The position numbers and the translations under genes are program-made. This document shows, piece after piece, positions 36,627 through 46,424 of a stretch of DNA of 64,000 nucleotides (positions are counted from its first letter, which is position 1; each line of letters opens with the position of its first letter). This DNA comes from Candidatus Eiseniibacteriota bacterium (lineage in GTDB: Bacteria > Eisenbacteria > RBG-16-71-46): positions 3,488,001-3,552,000 of the forward strand of contig OY970178.1 in NCBI GenBank assembly GCA_963707915.1. Reading direction: 5' to 3'. The notes beneath the pieces were generated by a model, which ran no database searches, had not been told where the DNA came from, and worked only from the letters and a program-made list of their open reading frames with translations.

Positions 36627-39183
36627 GCCGGCGGCGCGCCATCGGCGTGGTCGCGGGCAGCCTCGTGATCCACGGCCTGCTGCTCGCCGGGTGGATGGCG
36701 GCGCTGCCCGGACCGCTGGCGCCTGGCGGCGGCGTTCGCGGTCCTCGTCCTGGTGCCCGGCTGGGCCTTCGCCGCGCTCGGGGCGCGTCCGCCCGGAGGG
36801 CCGGGGCTCGCGGCCGGCTGGGTCTTCGGCTTCGGCGTGGCGTGGAACGCCGCGCTGGTGCTGCTCGCGCACGCGGCGGGCGTGCCGTTCCTCGAGTTGC
36901 TGCCGTGGACTCCGCTGACGAGCGTGCTGCCCTGGGGCCTCGTGCTCTGGCGCGCCGGCGGGCCGGCGGCCGCACCCGAGCGTGGGCTCTCCCGCGCGGC
37001 GCTGCTGACCGTGCTGCTCGCGGCCGCGTTCGCGGCCGTTCACGTGGCGCGCTTCGGGCCGCCGCTGGGCTACCTGAGCGACACGCCGGACCACGTCGGG
37101 ACGCTGCGGCGCATGCTGCAGTCGGGGCAGTTGTTCCCGGCCGACGCCTTCTTCCGTGACGCGGGCGCGCGCCGGCGCGGACCCGCGCAAGGGGCTCTGG
37201 CACGGCCTCGTCGCGTTGCTCACGCGGCTGGCGGACCTCGACCCGCTCGAGACGTGGCGCTGGCTCGGCGCGCTGGTCGTGCCGTTCTTCGTGCTCAACG
37301 TCGCGGCGCTGGGGTTCCTGTGCCGCGGTTCCGCCGGTGCCGCGCTCGCCGCCTGGGTGCTGCTGCTGACCTACGGCGGCGGCCTGGGGCAGGTCCCCAT
37401 CCGCCAGGCGGTCTACGCCACGCGGGTCGCGGACCAGTTGGCGCTGGCGGCGGCGGTCGCGGTGCTCGCCGACCTGGGCCGGCGCGCGTGGGCCACGCGC
37501 CTGTCCGCCGTGGCACTGGGCTTCGCCGCGGTCGCCGCGCACGTCTTCCCGGCCCTCCAGTTCGCACTGCTGTTCCCCGCGCTCGGCCTCGGGCTGATCC
37601 TGCGCGACCGCCGCTTCGGTCCCGAGGCTCGGCGACTCGCCGGGACGGCGCTCCTGCTGGGCGCGGCCTGCCTGCCCTACCTGTGGTCCCGCGCGCAGCA
37701 GGCCTACGCGCCGAGCAACGTGATCCACACGGAGGTCCAGGGGTTGACCTGGCTGGCCGGTTCGCTGCGCGTCGTTTCGGTCGACCAGCTGTGGGGGTGG
37801 ATGGGGGCGGCCTGGGTGCTGGTGCCGCTGTCCTGGCCCTGGCTGTGGGCGCGCGGGCGGGGGAACGTCGCGGCGCTCTTCCTGCTGACCTCCTCGCTGG
37901 CGGTGGCGCTGGTCATGTACGACCCGCCGGTCGTGGCGCTGCTGCAGCCCCGCCTCGGCTATTTGCTCATGCGAGTGATCTGGCTCGTGCCCTTCGCGGC
38001 CCTCGTGGCGTGGCTCCTACCGGAGTTGCTTGCGGCCGCGCGCGAGCATGGGCGCCGGCCGGCGCGCGTGGGCGCGGGGGTGCTGCTGGCGCTGGCGATC
38101 GCGCTGCTGGCGTTCCCGGCCCGCGATGCCGTGCGGGCGCTCCGTGGCCCCGGGCCGGGCGCGGCGAAGGAGCAGGACCCGCGGGACTGGCAGGCCGACT
38201 TCGACTGGATGAAGACGCACCTCGCCCCGGGTTGCGTGGTGCTCTCCGACCCCGCGACCTCGTACCTGGTGCCGATGATGACCGGGCGCCACGTCGCGAC
38301 GCTGGTGGACCAGCACAGCTCGCCCAACGATCCGCTCGGGCTGACGCGCATCCTCGACGCCCGCGACGCGCTCGACCCGTACGCGACCTGGGATCGCACG
38401 CGGGAGGTGGTCCGCCGCTACGAGGTCGGTGCCATCGTGCTCAACGACCGCTTCGTGGAGCCGCTGCCGCTCGCCTACTGGGCGCCGCGGCACCCGTGGT
38501 TCGTCGCGGCGCGCGCGCGCTTCGACGCGCATCCGGAAGCCTTCCCGCGTCTTCGCGACGCCGGCGACCTGGTGGTGTACGGCGTGCGACGGGAGGCGCT
38601 CGACACCCTGTCCGGCCCCGTGCCCGTGCGCCCGTGCGTGGAAGCCTGGGTGCCCGGAACGGCCGCGCGCGCCCCCGTCTCCGGCGACACGCTGGACCGC
38701 GCTCCCGAACTCGTCGGATTCACGCTCTCCACGCGCACGACCCCGCCGGGCGCCGACCTGGTCGGAGTGGCGCGCTGGCACGCCGCGCGCCCCGCCGGCG
38801 CGGGGGCCTGGCGGGTCGCCGTGCGACTCGACCGCGACCTGCCCGCGGACTTCGCGCCCCCGGCGTTCATCGCCAGGCCCGCGCGGAAGCTCTTCGAGCG
38901 ATGGCGTCACCAGCGCTACGGCTTCCGCGCCGACCACCTGCCCGCCCGCGGGGATTACGGGCCGGACCTGTGGCGGGCGGACGAGGTGGTGCTGGACTCC
39001 TTCGGTATTTACGTGCCCCCGGATGCGGTCGACGGCACCTACCGGATCGAGCTCAGCATGGTCCGGCAGCCCGCCTATCCGAACCTCCGGTTGAGCGATT
39101 GGTTCTTCGACCGCGACCACGACCCGGGTGCGCCGGGGGGGACGCTCGTGGTGCGCCGTGGCGGAGCCGGGGGGCGGCGATGA
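36623..39183 (+). pseudogene. Large GT-C-like multi-pass membrane protein split by two frameshifts (near 36714 and 37170)
   Basis: Hydrophobic coding sense runs VSRRRAIG...LPGP in one frame, WRLAAAFAVLVLVPGW...SDTPDH...FFRDAGA in a second, and AGADPRKGLWH...to the stop at 39183 in a third. The reconstructed product is about 850 aa with a C-terminal soluble domain ('WMKTHLAPGCVVLSDP'). Confidence 0.7.
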
Positions 39184-39481
39184 GGTGCAACGAGGAGCTC
39201 CAGTCTGGCCAAACGCAGCAGCGGTCGTTACTATGTCCTGGACCCGTGCCCGGACGCCGGGGTACCCCCGTCGATCAGCCGTCCGGATGCGCTGGCCGAC
39301 GACGCATTCTCGAGCATCTGGTCCGCCACCGCGAGGGGTGGTCAGCCCGTTCGCGTCACTGCAGGGGAGCCATCGAATTGCCGACCCGTCGCCATGCCAC
39401 GACCGCAACCCGATGCGCGCCGGAAGCACGCTGCCAGGAGCAGGACTCCGGCCTTCGCCCCGCTCCGCACCGGGTGGCCCG

Positions 39482-40585
39482 ATGAGCCGCCGCCGGATCG
39501 TCTGCGTGGCGGGGGTGCGCCCCAATTTCATGAAGGTCGCCGCCCTGCTGCGTGCATTGCGCGGGCACAAGACGCTGGAGGGGTTGCTGGTCCACACCGG
39601 CCAGCATTACGACGCCAGCATGTCCGACTCCTTCCTGCGTGACCTGGAGATGCCCGAGCCGGTCGCGCACCTGCACGTGGGCGCGGACCTGCCGGCGCGG
39701 CAGACCGCCCGCATCATGGAGGCCTTCGAGCAGGTCCTGGCCGGGCTCGTCCCCGAGCGGGTACTGGTCGTGGGCGATGCCAACTCGACCCTGGCCTGCG
39801 CGCTCACCGCGATGAAGTGCCGGATCCCGGTGGTGCACGTCGAGGCCGGGCTGCGCAGCTTCGACCGCGGGATGCCGGAGGAGATCAACCGCATCCTGAC
39901 GGACCAGATCGCCGACCTGCTGTTCGTCACCGAGCAAAGCGGGATCGAGAACCTGCGCCGCGAGGGGATCCCGGACGAGCGTGTCCACCTCACCGGCAAC
40001 ACCATGATCGACACGATGGTTCACCTCATGCCCCGCATCGATGCGGCGCGCACCGCGGAGAGCCTGCGCCTGACGCGGGGCGGTTATGCCCTGGCCACGC
40101 TGCACCGCCCGAGCAACGTGGACGACCCGGTCCGGCTCGCCGCGCTCGTGGACCTGCTGGCCGAACTGGCGGGGAAGTTGCCGGTGGTGTTCCCGGTCCA
40201 TCCCCGCACCCGCGGCACCCTCGAGGCCGCTGGACTGTGGGCGCGGGTGGCCGCCGTGCCGGCGGTGCGCATCCTGGGACCGCAGCCCTACTTCGACTTC
40301 CTCTCGCTGATGAAGGACAGCCGTTTCGTGCTGACCGACTCGGGTGGCATCCAGGAAGAGACCACGTTCCTGGGCGTGCCGTGCGTCACGGCCCGCACCT
40401 CCACGGAGCGCCCGGTCACCACCGAGATCGGCACCAACGTGCTGGTCGGCGACGATTTCGCCCGCTCGCGCGAGGCCATCGGCCGCATCCTCGCGGGTGA
40501 GGCACGTCGCGGTGCGGTCCCTCCGCTGTGGGACGGCCACTCCGCGGAACGGACCGTTGCGATTCTGGAGCAGCGATCGGCGTGA
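39482..40585 (+). CDS. wecB: UDP-N-acetylglucosamine 2-epimerase (non-hydrolysing)
   Basis: Motifs 'GVRPNFMK', 'HTGQHYD', 'HVEAGLRS', 'MPEEINR' and 'TDSGGIQEE'. Confidence 0.93.
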   Translation: MSRRRIVCVAGVRPNFMKVAALLRALRGHKTLEGLLVHTGQHYDASMSDSFLRDLEMPEPVAHLHVGADLPARQTARIMEAFEQVLAGLVPERVLVVGDANSTLACALTAMKCRIPVVHVEAGLRSFDRGMPEEINRILTDQIADLLFVTEQSGIENLRREGIPDERVHLTGNTMIDTMVHLMPRIDAARTAESLRLTRGGYALATLHRPSNVDDPVRLAALVDLLAELAGKLPVVFPVHPRTRGTLEAAGLWARVAAVPAVRILGPQPYFDFLSLMKDSRFVLTDSGGIQEETTFLGVPCVTARTSTERPVTTEIGTNVLVGDDFARSREAIGRILAGEARRGAVPPLWDGHSAERTVAILEQRSA

Positions 40586-41769
40586 GCACCATGCGGCCGG
40601 GCCTCTTCTTCCTGTCGGACCAACTCGAGTCGCCGCCGCAGCTTGGCTACCAGATCCACGTGCTGGCGCTGATCCGCGCGGCCAGCCCGCTGGTGCCGAC
40701 CCGCGGATTCTGCTGGATGGCCGCGTCACCGCCGCCGCCCGCCAGCCTGGTCCCGCTGGATCGCGCTACCGCGCCGCGGGGCAACCTGGCGCGCAAGCGC
40801 TACTACGTCGCGCGCGCCTTCGAGCACATCGACCGCGAGGCCGCACCCGGCTCCGTGGTCTGGGTACGGAACTACTCCACCGCGCTGCTGGCGCTCCCCG
40901 GACTCCGCCGCCGCCGGCGCGCGGGGATCAGCAGCGTCTACGACGCGTCGAGTTTCGGGCGGCTCGAGGTGCCGGATGCACCGAATCGTTTCACCGCCTT
41001 CCTGCGCGCCGTCGTTGAGGAGCGCTTGTGGCCGCACTTCGACCGGGTGCGCACGCTGAACGATCCGATGCGCGATTACCTGGTCAGGCACGGCGTCCCG
41101 GCGGAGCGGATCATGGTGATCCCGGTGGGTTCCGAGCCGCAGACCGGGCGCTGGCGCCTGCGCGACGCACCCCGGCGGCTGCTCTATGTCGGCAGTGCGA
41201 TGGCCTGGCAGGGGTTGCCCGCGCTGATCGGGGCCATGCGCATCCTCGAAGGCCGCGCGCCGCAGATCGGCCTGAGCATCGTGGGGCCCACCGCCGGGGA
41301 GCTGGCGGGGCTCGCGCTGCCGGGGAACGTGCGGGTGCTCGGGCGTGTGCCTCACGCGGAGATCGGACGGGTGTATCTCGAACACGACCTGTTCGTGCTG
41401 CCGCGGCCCCGCTCGCCGCTCACCGAGACCGTGATGCCCATGAAGATCCTCGAGGCGATGGCCTTCGGGATGCCGATCCTTGCCACGGACCTCGAGGCCA
41501 TCCGCTGGACCACCGGATCGGATGGCGCGTTCCTGGTGCGCGAGGGCGGCCCCGTGGCGCTGGCCGCAGCCATCGAGGCGGCGCTCTCCGACCCGGTCGC
41601 CCTGGCCGCGGCCGGCGCGCGAGCACTCGAGCGTTCGGCCCGCTTCACCTGGGACGAGATCGGCCGCGGGATCGCCAGGGAATTGTTCCCGGGAAGCGGG
41701 TCACGCCCCGCTCCGATCGCCTCGCCCGCACCGAATCGTGCGAGGCCGGACCATTCCGGGCTCGTATAG
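40582..41769 (+). CDS. GT4 glycosyltransferase
   Basis: Motifs 'LLYVGS..WQG' and 'PMKILEAMAFGMPILATD'. Confidence 0.85.
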   Translation: MSTMRPGLFFLSDQLESPPQLGYQIHVLALIRAASPLVPTRGFCWMAASPPPPASLVPLDRATAPRGNLARKRYYVARAFEHIDREAAPGSVVWVRNYSTALLALPGLRRRRRAGISSVYDASSFGRLEVPDAPNRFTAFLRAVVEERLWPHFDRVRTLNDPMRDYLVRHGVPAERIMVIPVGSEPQTGRWRLRDAPRRLLYVGSAMAWQGLPALIGAMRILEGRAPQIGLSIVGPTAGELAGLALPGNVRVLGRVPHAEIGRVYLEHDLFVLPRPRSPLTETVMPMKILEAMAFGMPILATDLEAIRWTTGSDGAFLVREGGPVALAAAIEAALSDPVALAAAGARALERSARFTWDEIGRGIARELFPGSGSRPAPIASPAPNRARPDHSGLV

Positions 41770-41797
41770 GCCCCGGTCGGCACGATAGGGGATCTTC

Positions 41798-43056
41798 ATG
41801 GCTCCGGCGAGACTTGCCCGCTCCATCCTGACGGCCGTCCTCGGCACCACGCTGTTCCTCGCCGCCAGCGAAGTCGTCGTGCGCCGGTGGCTCTTCTCCC
41901 CGACGGCCACGGTGGCCGATGCGCGCTGCGACTGGGTCTAGCCACCGAACGCGAGCATGGTGCAGAGCACCGAGGGCTGGTGCGCGACGCGTACGAACTC
42001 GATGGGCCTGCTGGACGACGAGCTGCGAGTGCCACGTGCTCTGGTGCGGGCGCTCCTGCTCGGTGATTCCTACTCCGCGGCGCTCCAAGTCGCCCGTCGG
42101 GACAACTTCCAATCGGTCGCCGAGCAGAGCATGCCGGGACTCGAGGTGGTCAACGTCAGCGCCGGCGGCGGCTCCCCTCGCCAATACGCCGACTGACTGG
42201 AGAAGTTCGGGCCCCGGCTGGCTCCGGACATCGTGATCGTTCAGCTCAACGACGGAACCTCACGGACCTGCTCACGACGACCGACGGCGTGGGGAGAGCG
42301 GCGGTGGAGCCTTCCACGGGCGTGCTGGCGCGCCCGCACGGCTTGGTGCGCGGCAGGTCAGCGCTGGTCGCTGCGACCATGTACCGCGTACAGCTGCTGG
42401 CCGCTGAGTGGCGGGCGCATCCGCCCAGGCCGTTCCACCGGGCGCGCGCCGCCGCCGCCCGCGAGGATCCGTCTGCGGATCCGCGGTTGCCCGCGCTCAT
42501 GGATGCGTTCCATCGCCGCATCGAGGCCGACCGGCCCTTCGGCGTCCGCGCCGAGACGTGGTCCTACGCGGCTGCGATCCTGATCACGATGTTGCTGGGC
42601 GGATTGTGGCACGGCGCTTCGTGGACGTTCGTAGCGTGGGGCGCGCTGCACGGGCTGGCTCTCGCCGTCCACCGGCTGGTGCGGGACGCCCGCGGGCGAC
42701 GAGCCCAGGGTCGCTACGGGACGGGGGGACGGGTCGTGTCGTGGGCCGCGACCTTCCTGTTCCTGCTGGTGACCTGGGTGCTCTTCCGCGCCCCCGACTT
42801 CACGACCGCCTGGGTGATGCTGCGCCGGATGGCGTTCCTCGACGGTGCCGGCGGCATCCACTGGTTCTACGTCCAGGGACTGGTGGCGCTGGCGGCCGGA
42901 GTGCTGTCACACGTCTGGAGCAGCGGGCACGGGGACCGCGGCCCCACGCTGGATCTGAGGCGACCGCTCGCATGGCCGGTACTCGCCGCCCTGCTGCTGG
43001 CACTGGTCCTGTTCGCGCCCTGGGGGCAGAGTCCCTTCATCTACCTGCAGTTCTAG
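41798..43056 (+). pseudogene. Decayed SGNH-hydrolase gene fused by deletion to the 3' end of an MBOAT (AlgI/DltB-type) O-acyltransferase gene
   Basis: ATG at 41798 followed by a TM anchor. In-frame TAG at 41939 and TGA at 42194 flank 'LLLGDSY', 'VVNVSAGG' and 'DIVIVQLNDG'. A frameshift near 42256 leads into 'ITMLLGGLWHGASWTFVAWGALHG...PFIYLQF'. Confidence 0.8.
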
Positions 43057-43154
43057 ACAGCGCAGGGGCCGGAATACCCGGAGACCAGGTGCCGGACCCT
43101 CCGCAACCCGCAGCATCGGCGGCCGGTGCGTTCCGGAGCATGCGCTGGAGGCAT

Positions 43155-44231
43155 TCAGGGGCGGAACTTCGCCGCCAGCCGTCGGCCCAGGTCCTTCGCC
43201 AGCTGCCAGGGTGTCTCGCCGCGGACTTGCGCGGTGCCCAGACGGATCTGCTGCCAGAGCAACGAGTAGAACAGGTCGGACCCGTCGAACAACCGATCCG
43301 GATCCCGAAGCTTCCATGCCAGCAGCTGGCGCAACCAGGCTGGATAGACCGCCTGAAATGCCCCGAGGGATTCCTGCGTGAAGGCCCGCATGATCCGCCA
43401 GGCCTCGTCCCTGGCCTCGGTCGGCAGCTCTTCATGGCAGCGCCGTGTCCCGATGCTCAGCGTCAACAACTGCCAGGCCGATGCCTTCCGCACCTCGGAT
43501 GTGCCCGCGGACCGCTCGGCTGCGATCTGGGCAAGCACGCCCAGGCCCCGATAGCAGGCGGAGAACCGGACCAGGTCCATCCGGCGGTTCTGCGCGGAAT
43601 CGGCCCGATGACACGCGTGGTAGAACGCCTCGTTCACGAACCCCACTCGCCTCGCTGAACCCAATGCCCGATGCAGGAAGACGCTGTCCTCGTAGTTGCT
43701 GAGGTCCTCCCGGAACCGCAGCGTGCCGAAGCGTTCCCGCGAGAAGAGCTTCGTGCAACAGCTCAACCCGGCCCTCAGATACGCTCTCGCGGCTCCCGCA
43801 TCATCCGTCATGTCCCAGACGCCCGCGAACGACGGAATCGGCATCGCCGTCACGGTCCCCTCCCCGCTGAAGGCGAGCCGGCTCCCGACCAGGTCGCAGC
43901 GGCTTCCTTCGGCCAAGGCATGCAACCGGGCGTACATTTCGGGCTCCACCCAGTCATCCGCGTCGACGAATCCGATCCAGCGGCCGCAGGCCATGTCCAG
44001 GCCCCGGTTGCGCGCCGCCGACACTCCGCCGTGGTCGGGGTTGCTCAGCACGCGGATACGCGAGTCAGTCGGGGCGAGCGACGTCAGGACGGGCAGGCTG
44101 GCATCTTCCTCTCCATCCACGACGAAAAGGAATTCGATGTCGGCAAGAGTCTGGCGCAACAGGGAGTCCACGCACTCCCGCAGCATCTCAGCGGGCACCC
44201 GATACACCGGAACAACAACGGACACAATCAT
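43155..44231 (-). CDS. GT2 glycosyltransferase
   Basis: Motifs 'VSVVVPVY', 'GVSAARNRGL', 'FVDADDW' and 'YED'. Confidence 0.9.
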   Translation of the reverse strand: MIVSVVVPVYRVPAEMLRECVDSLLRQTLADIEFLFVVDGEEDASLPVLTSLAPTDSRIRVLSNPDHGGVSAARNRGLDMACGRWIGFVDADDWVEPEMYARLHALAEGSRCDLVGSRLAFSGEGTVTAMPIPSFAGVWDMTDDAGAARAYLRAGLSCCTKLFSRERFGTLRFREDLSNYEDSVFLHRALGSARRVGFVNEAFYHACHRADSAQNRRMDLVRFSACYRGLGVLAQIAAERSAGTSEVRKASAWQLLTLSIGTRRCHEELPTEARDEAWRIMRAFTQESLGAFQAVYPAWLRQLLAWKLRDPDRLFDGSDLFYSLLWQQIRLGTAQVRGETPWQLAKDLGRRLAAKFRP

Positions 44232-44597
44232 GTCGTGCGCCCCACTTCGACGTGCCCGGCCCATCCCGCGGGTGTGCGGGCAGGCGAGAACGATGGCTTC
44301 TCTCGACCTTCCAGGAAGTCCCTGGATGGGTGGACGGGGTGTGGTGCCCGGGTTCTTCCGTGTCCCTTCCCCCCGCGAAGAGGGAGAAGGCAGAGGGATG
44401 AACCGGGGGCCGGGTGATTGTGTCGCGACTCATCTCGGGTTGCAAGGGTCTGCGGTGGTGGAGGTGGAGTTCGTGCCGTGTCTCCTGCGCGCGTGCCATT
44501 GAGCGCGGGTCGGAAGCGATGCTAAGCTCGAAATGGGGACCGCCGTTCCCCGTCGCTCCACCTCCGTTTCCAGGACTTCAGCGCAAGGAGACATCGA

Positions 44598-46424
44598 ATG
44601 CCGGGGCTGAAGATCGTCGTTGGACCACCGCCCTCGAGCCTCCCGCTGGCCGAAGCCGAGTGGCTCACCCCGGAAGCAGAGTGCTCGCGCGAGCAGGTCT
44701 ACTCGGGGCCGCGCACCGAAGTCACCTTCGCCGCTCCGGCCCAGTACCCGCGCCTGTCCTCGTCGAGCCCCGACTTCTACTTGTTCGTCGAAGGGTTGGT
44801 CTACGACCGGACCGATGACGAACTGGTGAAATTCGCCGCTGAGCTCGCCGGAGCGGCCCTCGCCGGCCGGCCGATCGAGGAACCGGTCCACCGTTTCATG
44901 GCCGAAACGGATGGCGAGTACCTGTTCCTGCTCGTCCTCAAGGCGAGCGGGCGGGTGATCGCCTTCAACGATCCCTGGGGCCGTCTGCCGCTCTACACCG
45001 CCCAGACACCTGCTGCGTTCCTGCTCGGGAGGGAGCCGCAGGACCTGCTCGTCCACCTGCCCGAGATCCGCTTCGACCGCCGCGCCATCGCCGAATGGCT
45101 GGCTTTCGAGTACACCCTGAATCCGCAGTGGTTCGTGGAGGGCATCACCCAGGTCCAGCCCGCGACCCTCTTCGACGTCACCACGGGCGACGGCGCCGTG
45201 CACGCCGCCCGCACGGTCCTCGTCGCCCAGGATTTCAGTGTGACCGCGCCGCTTCGCGACCGCGCCGAAGCCGTCCGCCGCTACTCGGCTCGCTACCTCG
45301 AGGCCTACGCCGCACGCGTCGCCAGGCTTGTCGGGCAGGGCTTCCGGCTCACCGCCGACCTGAGCGGGGGTTTCGACACGCGCGCGGTCTTCGCCGGGGC
45401 GCGCCGGCTGAACGCGCCGGTCGAGTTCTACACGGACGAGTTGGTCACCGGCGACGAGGGCGCCGTCGCCGTGCGCCTGGCCGAGGCCGGCGGGACGAGC
45501 GTGGTCCGGGTGCGCAGCGGCGAGTTCGTGCGTGACGGTGCCGAGTGGCGTCGCGCCACGTTCCTGACCGGCGGTCGCGTGAACTGCAACACCATGATGG
45601 GGGCCCTGCTGCTCTCGCGGAGTCGCAAGGCGATCCTCCCGGGCCGGGCGGCCCGGTTCATGGGTTTCGGCGGAGAGTTGGTGCGTCGGCCGTATGTGCA
45701 GCCCTATCGCTACCGGAGCTTCGCCGAGGCTCTCGCCGATGATGTGTACACGCGCTACATCCATGTCGAGGACGGATGCCGGTTGCTCGGTATCGAGGCC
45801 GCGGGGTTCCAGCGGCACATGGCCGGCGCGGTGGAGAGCTGGAACGAGCGCAACGACGCGGACCGCGCCCGGCGGCTCTACTTCGTGTTCCACCACGGGC
45901 TGGTCAACGCCGGAGAGGACCGCGCGCGCTGGCATTTCTGGACCGTGACCCCGCTGTGGGCCCGTCCCGTGGTGGACTTCGCCTACCGGCAACTCGAAGC
46001 GGAGGCGGTCGGCTACCCCTACTTCGTCGAGATCCTGCGGAGCATCTACCCGCAGGCGCTCGGAGTCCCGCTGCATGGCAACCCCACGAAGCTGACTTCC
46101 CGCTTCGAGGTCTGGCGTTATGCCGCCAGGGCGGAACTGCTGGCGAGGCTGCACAATCTTCGCGAGTATCGCCGTCTGCGCCGCGTGCTCTCACCTCGCG
46201 AACGCTGGGCCACCCTGGCGACCGCGAAGCAGTTCGCCTGGTTCCGTGAGCAGTTCGAGGCCGCGTTTCGCGAGAGCGAGGCCGTGCGGGCCGTGTTCGA
46301 CGAGACTGCAGTCACGGCGTTCGTGCAGCCTGCGCAAGCGACCCAGCGCCTCCACCAACTGCTGACGTCCGTCTACTTCGTGGCCGAGGTCGGCAGACGA
46401 TTCCTCACGGTGCGCACGAACTAG
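44598..46424 (+). CDS. Asparagine-synthetase-like ATP-dependent amide ligase lacking the catalytic N-terminal Cys
   Basis: RBS AAGGAG. Motifs 'NDPWGRLPLY', PP-loop 'DLSGGFDTR' and 'GFGGE'. The N-terminus is MPG rather than MCG. Confidence 0.75.
   Translation: MPGLKIVVGPPPSSLPLAEAEWLTPEAECSREQVYSGPRTEVTFAAPAQYPRLSSSSPDFYLFVEGLVYDRTDDELVKFAAELAGAALAGRPIEEPVHRFMAETDGEYLFLLVLKASGRVIAFNDPWGRLPLYTAQTPAAFLLGREPQDLLVHLPEIRFDRRAIAEWLAFEYTLNPQWFVEGITQVQPATLFDVTTGDGAVHAARTVLVAQDFSVTAPLRDRAEAVRRYSARYLEAYAARVARLVGQGFRLTADLSGGFDTRAVFAGARRLNAPVEFYTDELVTGDEGAVAVRLAEAGGTSVVRVRSGEFVRDGAEWRRATFLTGGRVNCNTMMGALLLSRSRKAILPGRAARFMGFGGELVRRPYVQPYRYRSFAEALADDVYTRYIHVEDGCRLLGIEAAGFQRHMAGAVESWNERNDADRARRLYFVFHHGLVNAGEDRARWHFWTVTPLWARPVVDFAYRQLEAEAVGYPYFVEILRSIYPQALGVPLHGNPTKLTSRFEVWRYAARAELLARLHNLREYRRLRRVLSPRERWATLATAKQFAWFREQFEAAFRESEAVRAVFDETAVTAFVQPAQATQRLHQLLTSVYFVAEVGRRFLTVRTN

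Noticed and set aside
39180..39481. Possible small gene or remnant between the GT-C-like gene and wecB (ATG overlapping the stop at 39180)
   Set aside because: Atypical codon usage and no recognisable motif in any frame, so it cannot be supported.
41939..42196. Stop-codon recoding (pyrrolysine/selenocysteine) in the SGNH gene
   Set aside because: Both stop types occur together with a frameshift and a deletion. TAG and TGA end normal genes throughout the window, so decay is the simpler explanation.
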